Assembly: GCA_965202585.1 (NCBI GenBank)
Contig: OZ241828.1
Location: 36,208,001 to 36,272,000 of the forward strand
Source of the DNA: Thalia democratica
Lineage: Eukaryota
Length of the DNA stretch: 64,000 nt
Direction of reading: 5' to 3'
Shown in pieces: positions 12,571 through 23,859 of this stretch; position 1 is the stretch's first letter, and every line of letters begins with the position of its first letter. The notes under the pieces are model-generated. The model saw nothing but the letters and a program-made list of their open reading frames with translations, ran no database searches and was not told where the DNA came from. The position numbers and the translations under genes are program-made.

Positions 12571-12889
12571 AAAGTTTTAACAAGCAAGATTTCATCTCAT
12601 TCTTATCTCGCTCATTTTCAAACTTGCCATCTAAGCTCGGTTCAAGCTTTAAATTAAAAACTTATTTTTAAAATGTTTTCGGAAAAGAGCGAAATAATGT
12701 TCATCTTCTTTGCAAAAGCAACTTGAAGCTATTCTTTTTAATGACGAACACAAAACTACTAATGAAAGTTTTCAGTCAAATCTCTGTTTAGTATCTGCGC
12801 GTAATCCAGCCTTTTCTTTTCAACTTTGATCCCCACAACTTGATAAATCTTGTCTTTCTTCGTTGCTGTTTCTTCAAGTTTGTCTTTCA

Positions 12890-15640
12890 GCTCAGTTTAA
12901 TGTCACTCAGTTCATTCAGCTCTCCCGTGCATGACGTGTAAACGATGATATAAAACAATTACCTGGTTCAAAAAAGTCAATGCCATTCACTGAGATCATG
13001 TTCAAGCCGCCATTGTTGAAAACAACAGAACCGGAAACTCGAGCTGAAGCTCGGAATCACGCAAGCGAGAAAAAGTTACAACCCACCGGGTGTTGCTAGG
13101 CGACATCGCTACAAAAGGGAAAGAGCTATTAATCAAAGTATTTTTGACTTGCAGCTCAATTTAATAATCTCGAGCTGAACGTCGCTCAATTGCGACAAGT
13201 ATGTTGCATTGCCTCTTTGACTCGCGAAAACTTCACTAAGTTAATTGCTGCTTGCGTTTAAACATAAGTAATAAACAACTATTTGCATCAAAACTCAGAA
13301 TTATTTTCTACTGGATCAATAGTTAGTTTCGTGTTAAGCAAGTTCCTACTGTGATTTCCTAAGCTGCAAGTAATGTTGACACGTGTATTGCTTCATCTCT
13401 TTATTACCTGCCTCGCCGAAAAATTTGTGACGTCATAGTCAACACCGACAACAGCTCGGCGACATCAGTGGTGAAGTGTCACCACTTAACAAGACAAACT
13501 TATTAATTCTAAGAAAAGTTCAGCCACTTAACTCTCACGTTGCCAACTGCAATTAGCTTGAAGCAAATTGTTAACTCGCGATAATAGGAAGTTACTGCAT
13601 TGTCGCTTGCAGTTATTATTGTTTGTGTGAAGCCAAAATATCGATGCGTAAACTTATAAATACATACTTAATGGTCAAGAAATGTATAACAAATAAAATA
13701 ATAAACCCATAAGTTAGTTAAATTTCGTTCAACTACAACGTCAAAACGTTTATAATGTTTCACATGTATAGGTTCTCAGTTTAACCTCGAGATAGCATTT
13801 ACAAAATAATAGTTAAAGCGTTTTTAGATGTTTATAAAGACTTATTTTTCTAATATTATATTAGTTATTATTTGTATATAAGCTTTTAACTCAACATAAA
13901 ATATAAGCTATATTGTTTTTACTAATACATAAGATAAAAATAAACGAGCAATCAAGATGTTTTTCGATTTTAATTAATCAATTCCCAGCCGGCATCGAAA
14001 ATTCACATGACGTCAATCCGAAATGACGTGATGTCTGTTCAAGACTGCAAGTTTGGGAAGCTTTTTGAGATTCTTGTCTTGCGATGGCGTAATCAATACA
14101 AGAATATCTACATACAAAAACTACTCGATAAATTTTTGACGTCTATTTAAAATCATATATTAAGTTTAGTGTTTGCCCGCGATTTATTGAAGCTTTATAT
14201 CGATATTATCTTATATAAAATAACCATTATGTTAAATAAATATTTAATAAAATTAATTGATTGTATGTAATTATCTATAATTAATGAATGTAACATTATA
14301 AAAATTAAAACTATATGTATATTTAACCTTAATGATTTTTTAAGAAAAAAATCTTTATCAAGCGTTTGTCATTAATGCAATCACTATTTATTTGGTCATT
14401 TAAAAGCAATAAAAAACCGAATGGCAATCAAGATTACTACGTATTTTGCACATAAACACACAAAAGACGCTTCAAATTGTTTGAATTGACACAACTAATT
14501 ACCAGTCGGCTGTGTTTAAACACACAAGCTCGACCCAAAACACTAAACTTCGTTTATTTTCACCAAACAAAATAATTTGAACAGTCATCAAACAGATTAG
14601 TTGAAAAGTTGTCGAGTTTCCGTAACTTGCTTGTGCCTTGCTACGAGCTTCGTTTGTAAAACAAGTAAAAGTTTAAATCTGAAAAAAATGCGACTTACTC
14701 ACGACTTGTTCATAAGCTGTTAGACACATCACTTTGAAAAAGTTAGTTGAATAAAAATTGGTTATGTGGTATCTTTGAGGTACCTAATTAAAAATCAGAA
14801 TAAACTCAATGAAATTAAAAAAGAAAAATTCATGAATAAACGTAATCTTTGTAGACTTAATCGTACATGTGTATAAGTATTTTCTTGTATTATTTAAAAA
14901 ACAGATTTTTTACAGTTTAATACATACGTGAAAAATAAAAAAGAATTAAATCACTTTTAGAATAAACAAACTGTACAAATAAAAACATATAAAAATATCA
15001 AAATTTTAACAAAATATCTTACTAAGTTTTTTATAACGTGATGATTTCCCTTATAAAATGAAAACCAAGAAAAACCAAATACATACCGAAAAAAAGCACA
15101 GGGTTATAAGATCAACAAATACTACAGTATATAGACGTGTTAGTGTCTGCCTGCTAAGCGAAAGTCGACATATGTTATCGACTGTAAAAACTCTTTGCTA
15201 AATTATTGCTGATTAAACGTGCCTTTATATTTGTCAATTGAACTTCTTTTTTGTTTTATATATACTTTCAAAGCTTCAATGAACTTATATTTTGGAAAGA
15301 GTAACATTTTTCGTTTTATCTTCGTTGAAAATAAAACAGTCTTTAAACATGTGTTAGCTAAAAAGATCAAATAGTAGCCATTAAAGCAGATTTATTTATA
15401 AAAAAAAATGGTTTTCCCGCCCTTAGCTAATGGTGTTTTGATTAATTATTGGATAACATCTGAGAAAGTAACATCAACGGTTTAAATTAAACCTTAATAT
15501 GACGTCATAATAACTGCTTAAGTCAGCTGTCAAGTTTAAATGCATCTCAGGTGGCTTAGTACGACTGATTGAGAAAAAAAACTCAATCCGGACTGTCGAC
15601 TGTACTTGAGTATCAGACACACAAGCAGACAAAACAAACA
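12890..15640. promoter_or_regulatory. Further paralog-conserved intron 2 elements (partner ~59130-61712)
   Basis: Colinear blocks at about 12890-13010, 13400-13650, 14420-14720 and 15495-15640. They include TGACGTCA sites conserved in both copies (13428/59688 and 15500/61572). Confidence 0.7.
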
Positions 15641-16327
15641 GGAAAAACTGATGAGTAAATATGTCGCAGTACAGCGGAAACCCTACGGGAGTTAATATAG
15701 TTTATAGTGAAGCACTGACGTATTGTTATGTCATAATGACTTGTTGATACACATATCACTCTCAGTTCAACCAAGTGTCTCTTTATCAGCATTATTTTTT
15801 TTAATAGTAGTTGAATAACTCGAACTTAGATTAAAACGTCGGAAAATGTACAAAAAATCATACAACAATTTTTTTTCAAGCGAGTTAGAATACGAAAAGT
15901 CTTATTAAAAAATCTTTCTCACAGAGAACTTCCATAACAAAAGATTAAACTTTAAAGGCTAAAATTGTACAATAAAACTACTTTAAAACTAATAAAAAAG
16001 CTACTCGAATGTGAAAAAAGAGCACTATTTAATTTTATATTTTGATTAGTTAAGTATATAGAACTCACTAACTAAAAATTAAAACTTTACAAAATTAAAA
16101 CTTCCTTGTTGAGCCTATAAAATTTGAGGTATAAGCTTACAATACATTTTGTTAATTAAGTAATAAAAAATATAAATACTCTCAGGTTTCATTTGTTTTG
16201 GGGTATATCTAAATTAAAAAAAAAACAAATTAAGCTATTTTTCAAAGCTTATTTTTAAAACAAATAAATCACTTAAACCAATTAGAAACGTAGTTTAGAA
16301 CGTAATTAAACTTTGCTTTATTTTTAG

Positions 16328-16426
16328 CTTGTTTGCTCCAAAATGTGCAAAGTGCAAACTTGGACTGGTCAAAGGGGAGTTGATGATGTCTAGTAGAGAT
16401 AAAAAGTATCATGTTCAGTGTTTTAG
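16328..16426 (+). CDS. Isl: Islet copy A exon 3, LIM domain 2 first half
   Basis: tttttag| acceptor and AG|GTTAGT donor. Encodes LFAPKCAKCKLGLVKGELMMSSRDKKYHVQCFR. Phases 2/2 are consistent. 99 nt in both copies. Confidence 0.95.
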
Positions 16427-16578
16427 GTTAGTACAAAAGATAACAAAATATTATTTGAATTTAAGTTTATGCTTTAGAAGTATCATGTTAGTTATACAAA
16501 TACTTTAAAATGTTATTAAAAATATTTACTTGTTCAAACAAATATGAATCATTTGTTGTTAATTTATTTGTATTACAG

Positions 16579-16706
16579 ATGTTACGCCTGCCACAATCAG
16601 CTGATACCTGGAGATTCTTTTGTATGTAACGACGATGGGAGCATCTACTGCTTGCGAGATTACGAAAGAATCTTCAAAAAATCAGGAGAAGACAACAGAA
16701 TTATTG
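16579..16706 (+). CDS. Isl: Islet copy A exon 4, LIM domain 2 second half
   Basis: tattacag| acceptor and G|GTGAGT donor. Encodes CYACHNQLIPGDSFVCNDDGSIYCLRDY; QLIPGD is typical of Islet LIM2. 128 nt in both copies. Confidence 0.95.
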
Positions 16707-17289
16707 GTGAGTGATTTGACTGTTAAAACTCTGTATTATAAGTTGTGTGTAAAGTTTGTTTATAAAACTTGTTTGACTAACTATATTGTTATTAAGTTTA
16801 GTTTACAAACAATATTTTTGGTTCTGCTTAAAAAAAACTTCAAAAAAATGTCTATTTAAATGCATACCTAAATTTAAAACTTAATAGAAAGTTCCAGTTA
16901 GTTATTAATTTTTTTTTTAACTAAACGTTTGTAATAATAATGGTAAACCAAAGTAAATAAGTTATTTTAGAAACAGTTTATTCACAATTTTTTGGTTTTC
17001 ATTTATTTTAATTAGATGTCAGTACTTTTAAATGCTTCATCAATTAATAAGAAAATTTTAACAACTTTGATTAGTTTTATTAAACTAAACATGTTCAAAG
17101 TTACTTGAATTACCATGTGTTTTTATTAAACAATGTAGTTTCCTAAGATTTATGAATTTTTTTTTTGTTTTTAATTTAATCAACAAAATGAAATATTAAT
17201 CAGTTTACCAATAAACTGTACACCATTTCAAGTACAAGTGCTAAAAAGAATACAATAAAAAAAATTAAAAAAAAAGTTACCGTTTTAAT

Positions 17290-17580
17290 CACTCATTAAT
17301 CTTTAACTTGCTGGAGGTGTCAGATGCGCAAGCATAAATCACTCATGTGTGTCAAAAATATACCCCCTTTCCGCTGGCTACTATGGAGTAACTATGTAGT
17401 CTTTGCAAGTTAACCTCGCATATTTCGACTTTCGCACTCTGTAATCTGATCAGATTTTCCGCGGCGAAACTCGCTGCAGAATGAAGCTCATTGTGAAGTC
17501 AAGAGGGAATTACCCTATATCAAAACCCCTTTGATTGTTTAGGTTGAGCAGTGTTTTTGAACTTTTTTGTTTTGGCTTTT
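17290..17580. promoter_or_regulatory. Paralog-conserved intron 4 element (partner ~63570-63860)
   Basis: Conserved GCAAGTTAACCTC and a 14-bp palindrome AATCTGATCAGATT followed by TTCCGCGGC in both copies. Confidence 0.65.
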
Positions 17581-18875
17581 TCCGTTTGTTTGAATATTAA
17601 TTATCGATTTTAAAAGTCATTAATCTTTTTGGCTTTTGCGTGTAAAAATTCTTGATTTTTCGTTAAATTAAAAGGTCAAAGATTGCAACTGATGCGTGGT
17701 TAACTTGAAACAAATTAAGCAACCAACTGTTTACATCGGTTTAAAAGTTTATTATACTGTAACTAATTTCTTTATTTTTTTAAAGTTCGACATCAAAGAT
17801 ATTTACAACACCAGAAATATTAATTAAATATCAAAAATAAAAATAGTTTACTCTTGTTTTCATACTTTAAAATTTGTAATTTTTTATGATTGTTCTATTT
17901 ATTATATGAATTAGAACAAGTTAGTATAGACGTTTAAAAATCAAGCATATATATTTAAAAAAAAATTTATTACAATACAGTTTATATTCGACTTAAATTA
18001 GCAAGTGTGTGGATCAAAAAAATACATTTATTGTGTCAATTTTTTTTTTTAATATTCTTATTGTTTAAGGTAAAATTTAAATTTTTTACAGAACAGAACC
18101 TTACTAAGTTTTTAATAATTAACATACTTTAATTAATACCTGTTTTTAAAAATTAAAAGCTATAAAAACAAAAAGAAAATAATAAAAATAAATATACCGA
18201 AATTAATTATTAGAAGCGTATTAGCCGGAAAGGTTTTAACACAAAGCCAACCAAACAAAAACTACTGCAAGCTAACAATACCTTCAAATTCCTCAAATAT
18301 AGATAAAATAAAGTTTTTTTACGTCTTTTGGGGCGACAGTCACTTTGAAGTCGTCACACGAAAGCAAAATGCCGCAATTAAGGTATTAATACAACGATAA
18401 CGACAAGTGCCTCAAGCTTTAAGCAAAATAGTTGAAGTTAACATTCAAGTTATAAACTGCTGCAATTGAATTAATTGGCTTTATCGGAATTTTCTATCAG
18501 CTTCGACTTATATGTAAATGTTTGAAGACTTCTTTATATTTTAAAAAACAAATAAGTGACTTTTGATAATTTTCCTAATAACTATTTTTATATTTGCTTA
18601 TAAACATTTTCTAAATCAACGACAAAAAGATATTTGATTTTTTAGTACTATTGTTAAAAATACATTGTCAAAGTATAAATTTATTTTGACGACACGCTTT
18701 TAACGCAAGTCGCCATTTTCTACAACATTCATCTATTTCAAAAGATGAACAAAATTAACTGTTCTCATTTAATTACTGTTAAATTATAATTAATAATTAA
18801 GATTAAAATTCAAAGTGTTAGTATTGATACAAAATTTTCTACTTTTCAAATAACGTATACTCTAATTACCTACAG

Positions 18876-19270
18876 ACGCATACACGGGACAAATAGTTCC
18901 AGAGCAGAACATGAACCACGGTCCCAGGGGAATACACATTTTATCAGGGGAGCGCGGCAAGGATCAAGGGGCAAGCAGCAAGAGGAGAGGCAAGACGACG
19001 AGACAGAGGACGGTGCTGAACGAGAAGCAGCTGACGGTGCTGCACACCTTCTACGACAACAACTGCAGGCCCGACGCCATCATGAAGGAGCAGCTGACCG
19101 CCATGACCGGCCTCCCTCAACGAGTCATCAGGGTGTGGTTCCAGAACAAGCGGTGCAAGGACAAGAAGAGGTCGATCGCGCTCAAGCAGCAGCAACAGCA
19201 GAAGATGGAGCAGCAGCAGATGAGGAACGGCGAGGGAGGGGAGCAGACTTCCGGGCAACAAAAGCGGCAG
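18876..19270 (+). CDS. Isl: Islet copy A exon 5, homeodomain plus polyQ
   Basis: cctacag| acceptor (phase 1) and CAG|GTTAGG donor (phase 0). Encodes [14 protein letters not shown]...[27 protein letters not shown], the diagnostic Islet-class homeodomain (18992-19174). Confidence 0.97.
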
Positions 19271-20602
19271 GTTAGGTGGTTAGATGTTAAAAAAAAAATT
19301 GTAAAGTATAGTAGATTTCGAAGAATAAATAAAATCTTTTTTGTTATGCTTTTGTTTTGCTAAAATTAATGAGATTCTGTAAAAAATTTTAAGTTAAAGT
19401 ATTTTTTCTAGATTTATTAAAAAGTAATTAAAATACATTCTGAATATTACACTTACTTATCTCTCTATCTTTAAACTTTTGTTTTATTATTGTAGATAAA
19501 TTTTTAACTAGCTTCTAGCTAGACACTCAAAAAGCATATTTTTTTTAAAACGAAATTGTCACTTTTTTAAACTCTTAACATGCTAAACTTCAAAAAATCA
19601 GAACATTTATTTACTTTCTACTTTTTTATCTCTTAAGTCATAAAAAGTATAGAGTTTGTAATGTTAAACAAGCAATAGTGAACTTTTTAAGTTTACTTTT
19701 GTCATTAGAATAAAAAGTCTAAGATATTGTTTCAAACTAGCTTGTTACAAGTAAAAACAAGTAATTTATTGATGTTGACAGTTTTAAAATAAAGTTTCAA
19801 ATTAAATTTAAAAGTATTAAATACACAGCTTGTTTATGTAATAAAAAACGTTCAAATACATCTCGATAAGAGCTAGTAGTTGAGCAGATGTAGATTATTT
19901 TAAATCAGAAAAAAATGTGTCAATTTAATTTGAACCATAAAAATCTAACATTTAAAACGCAAATTTATAAAACAAAATAAAACAAGATTGTTATCAAACT
20001 AAGTTTTTAGTTTATGACAGTTAAAACGTTTTAATTGAATAATGATTGCTTTAAAGACACTGTAATATCTGAATTTGTTAAATTAGTTTTCTAATATATT
20101 ATCATATACATACGCGTTGCACCACTGTTGCTTGTTAAACGTGTATGTACATTTTAACGAACAATTTATATATTTAAATACTTTTGTTTAAATTCAAACA
20201 TTGATTAAAACAAAAATCTAGTTAATATAAATAACTCAATGCAGTAAATGCTTACGAAATCGGCTTCGAAGACTTAGTTCACATACTTACGTTTGTAATT
20301 AAAATTTATTAGTTTCCATACATTCAGTATACTTTATTAAATATTGTCACTTTCTAATTGACTTTCACATCGATTAATACCGACCCCAGACCTTTAACTA
20401 ACTAAATTCTTGTCGCTTGTATTTAAGCTAGCAGCATGTTGCTTTCAAAATTTCTTGCCAAATATTTCACGCCTATCGTGCCACCCATTAAGCCTCAACA
20501 CCGACATCTTATGACGTCATAATCCAATGCATTTTGCACAGCTGCAGTTCGTAAGAACTCGCCGTGTTATGCTTTTATCTTAAAATTGCTGACCATCTAC
20601 GC

Positions 20603-23600
20603 CAGGGGTCGGCAGGCAGTTGGTGCTCGCGGGCCAAATTTCAAGTTTTCAAAATCTTCGCGGGCCACAGTTTTAGTTTTAGTGATATTTGAATAATCTT
20701 TTGGTTTTAGTTTCGGTCACACCAGAGATAGTTTTACTTTTATTCAATTTATTACTTTAAATAACTTTTAGCTACACATAAAATGACTATTTAATATAAA
20801 AATATCTATTGGAATAGAATTTACGTTGTTTAATGCACTTAAGTCTTTATAAAGAATGTACTTTCTTAAAAATTTAATGAGTTAAACTTAGTAAGTTATT
20901 TTTATTATTATTCTTGCAACCTAACTCTCTATAAAAACCGAGCTTGAAAAACATTTATCGGTCATTTTTATACATTTTGTATATTATGAACCACCTTTTC
21001 ATATCTTGAAAAATGTTAGCTTTTGAAAATAGTTTTTGCGTCTTAAATAGTTTGCACTCTTTTGAAAATTCAGTAATTAGTTAATTTAATAAATTTAGTA
21101 CCTATTTATACTGTAGTTAAGCTAAATCAAATTTTTTAACATAATTAATGCTCAAATACTTTAATAAAATACTTTATTAGTAGTTAATTAGTCTTTTACA
21201 CGGTTGCCACTTTAAAAGCAAAAATGTCTGAATTATATTAAAGATTATTATAATTTAAAATAGCTTAAAACTTTCTGTTAATCAAGCTTAAATACATAAC
21301 TAAAATATCATTATGATAAAAAAGCACAATATGTAAATAGACAAAAAAAAAATTACAATTAATAAACTACACTACTGTCATAAAAACTATTCTGAGAATT
21401 CAAAGACTTATTGAAAGAGTTTGAAATAAAAGTTTCAGATACACCTGAGCTTTAAAAAAATTTCTTAAATAGCTTTAACCTAGTCTTAGTTTTTAAGAGT
21501 TTCAAACTAGCCTAAATGTTTGGCAACCATGTTTACAATAAGGTTCACAAAATAAAGAAATATCGAAGTTTATTAACAGTGAATTAATTATATAACTAGA
21601 AAAAATATTATAATTCAGCCTAATTGGACAACTAAGATTTTAAATATTTTTAGCAGATGTATATAAATTTATTAAGTTATTAATGAATGAGAAAAACCTA
21701 TTTTTATTTAGCATTATAGCAATTCTTTATCTGCTATGCAAATATTGCATTTAAAAAGAGCAAATGTGAGTTATACGACGAGCTATAAGAACTACAATAC
21801 GTTAGTTTGGAGTTATTGCGAGAAACAAAAAATAAATCGCTAAGTCAGCTTCAACAACGCACATGATTTTTATCAGTAACTACAGACTGATCAAAAAAAA
21901 CTGTTGAGGCAAGTTATAAAGTAGGAAAAGGAATTACTAAAAAAAGATACCGTTTAGAGTTGAAAATTTATTTAAATAAGTTGTGTTGGCGTTAATTAGA
22001 TATTTTTGTTTATTTCTTCAACGTCAACAAGAAGTCGTGTTTAGGAAATGTCTGAAGATTATTAAGCCTCAAAACCCAAATTAGGACTTCATTAACAAAA
22101 TCAATCTGTTAAGATGAGAGAACTGATACAACAGATATTGCTCATTTTAGAATTTTTATTACAGGTGGTTTTCCTAATTTCGACATTTTAGTAAAACTTC
22201 TAGGTGCAGTTCCAATACAAAAAATAAGAATCGTTAAAGAAATTTTAAAAGCAGAGGGGCAATGCACCAATATAAAGATTTTAAAAATACAACTTTTTGC
22301 CTCTATTTTTAGTACAAAATAAAGTTAAAGGTAAAACAAAATGTCTTAAACAATATAGAAAAATTTACAAGATACTGTTAAGCTACTTTAAATGTGTTTT
22401 TTAATAAAAAAAATTTATATGGTAGATTTTTGTGTCAAATCGAAATTTCATTACTTAACATGTAAAATTGTTTACAATTCTAGGTTTTTTCGATAATTCT
22501 CATACTCAAGTCTTTTCAGATTTTATATGTATAAATTGTCAATTTCCAAGCTTTTCCGGGATTTTTTCGAAACATTAATTGTTCACACTTATACAAATAC
22601 AATTAATATAAATAACAATATAAATTATATCAGCTGCAAGACTTAGAATTTAAAATATACTTTAATTCAAAACAACACTGTGCATTAAACAAAACATACA
22701 TCATAAATTTAGTTTACCACTCTTTGAAGTAAAAAAGTCAGTCTGAGTGACCAAAACTACTCAATGTTTTACCATACAAAAAGCAATTCAAGCCAAAAAC
22801 TGAAACATGACGAAACTGGCCTGAGGTTTAAATTCTTCACACAGTCATAGTCTGAGTGTGTGACAATTTTTTTTTCGTCGAGTTTGAACTATTATGACTA
22901 AAAATGTACAAACTTATAAGTTACCATTTCTCAATCTAGTTTGTACTAAATAGGTAACTCCAAAAAACAGCAACTGTTTATATTAGTATGCAACGCATAA
23001 AAGTTAACTTATTTTGCCAAAAAACATAGTTTGAAAAATGAAAAAGTATACCTAAAAAAAGTTTTTTAATTTATGTCATATATATTGTTTTAGGTTCGTC
23101 TGTACACATTTAGATATTACACGTAGAAACAATAATGTAAGAAAATTGTGCATTAATTAAATTTTATCTCGTTAAGTATTAAGTAAATAATGGTGTAAAA
23201 TATAAGCATCTTAGTTAATTGGTTGCTTAGGAATTAATTTAAAATGCAAAGAAACCCTCTAAAAAATCAAGGTGTCAAAAAAAAAAAACTTAACCTTATT
23301 TTTTTATTAAATGTTATTTTAAATGTTTTTGAGCACACTAAAATATATCATTTAGTAATAAAACATCTGTAATAGAAACTTAAATATAAAAAACGTATAA
23401 AAATCAAAACTGTTTAGAAATACATTTTAGTAAATTACTGTGCATTACTTTTGTACGAAACGGAAAACATTTACGTTTAGTTTATTTACTATATAGGTAT
23501 TATATAACTATCTTACTAATTCGAAACACTTTTTACACTGTTTTTTCATAAAACAATTTCCTGTTGTATGAAGAAAGCTATAATGAAATTGAGAAAAAAA

Positions 23601-23859
23601 ACCTGATGGAATGATAACTTGTCTTTTTTTACATTTCTAAGCTAGTCCAGTAAAGCCTTTTAATTCTTTTAAAATGTTATACAAGGACTTAAAACTAAAT
23701 TAATCAAAGAAATTTAACTTAAAATTTTTTTTTGCTCAGCGGGCCACATTTACATGCTCGCGGGCCGCAAAATTTTCTTTCGCGGGCCGCATTCTATTCA
23801 AAAAAATAACGTGCTCGCGGGCCGCATTTGGCCCGCGGGCCGCTGTTTGCCGACCCCTG
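20603..23859 (+). mobile_element. hAT DNA transposon (Charlie/Buster/SPIN-like), non-autonomous with decayed transposase, in Islet A intron 5
   Basis: 12-bp TIR CAGGGGTCGGCA...TGCCGACCCCTG. Perfect 8-bp TSD ATCTACGC (20595-20602 and 23860-23867) with central TA. Subterminal GCGGGCC repeats. Broken transposase-like peptides at ~21680-22130 (INE*EK, ICYANIAFKK, TVEASYKV, KKIPF). Confidence 0.93.

Noticed and set aside
16620-16859. ORF-track entries 16620, 62375, 62738 and the tails of 9943 and 18911
   Set aside because: Out-of-frame overlaps or intronic read-through of real exons. Splice-defined boundaries were used instead.
18944-19261. 105-aa minus-strand ORF over the homeobox
   Set aside because: Antisense shadow of a GC3-rich, CAG-rich exon. 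The peptide is Leu-rich low complexity.
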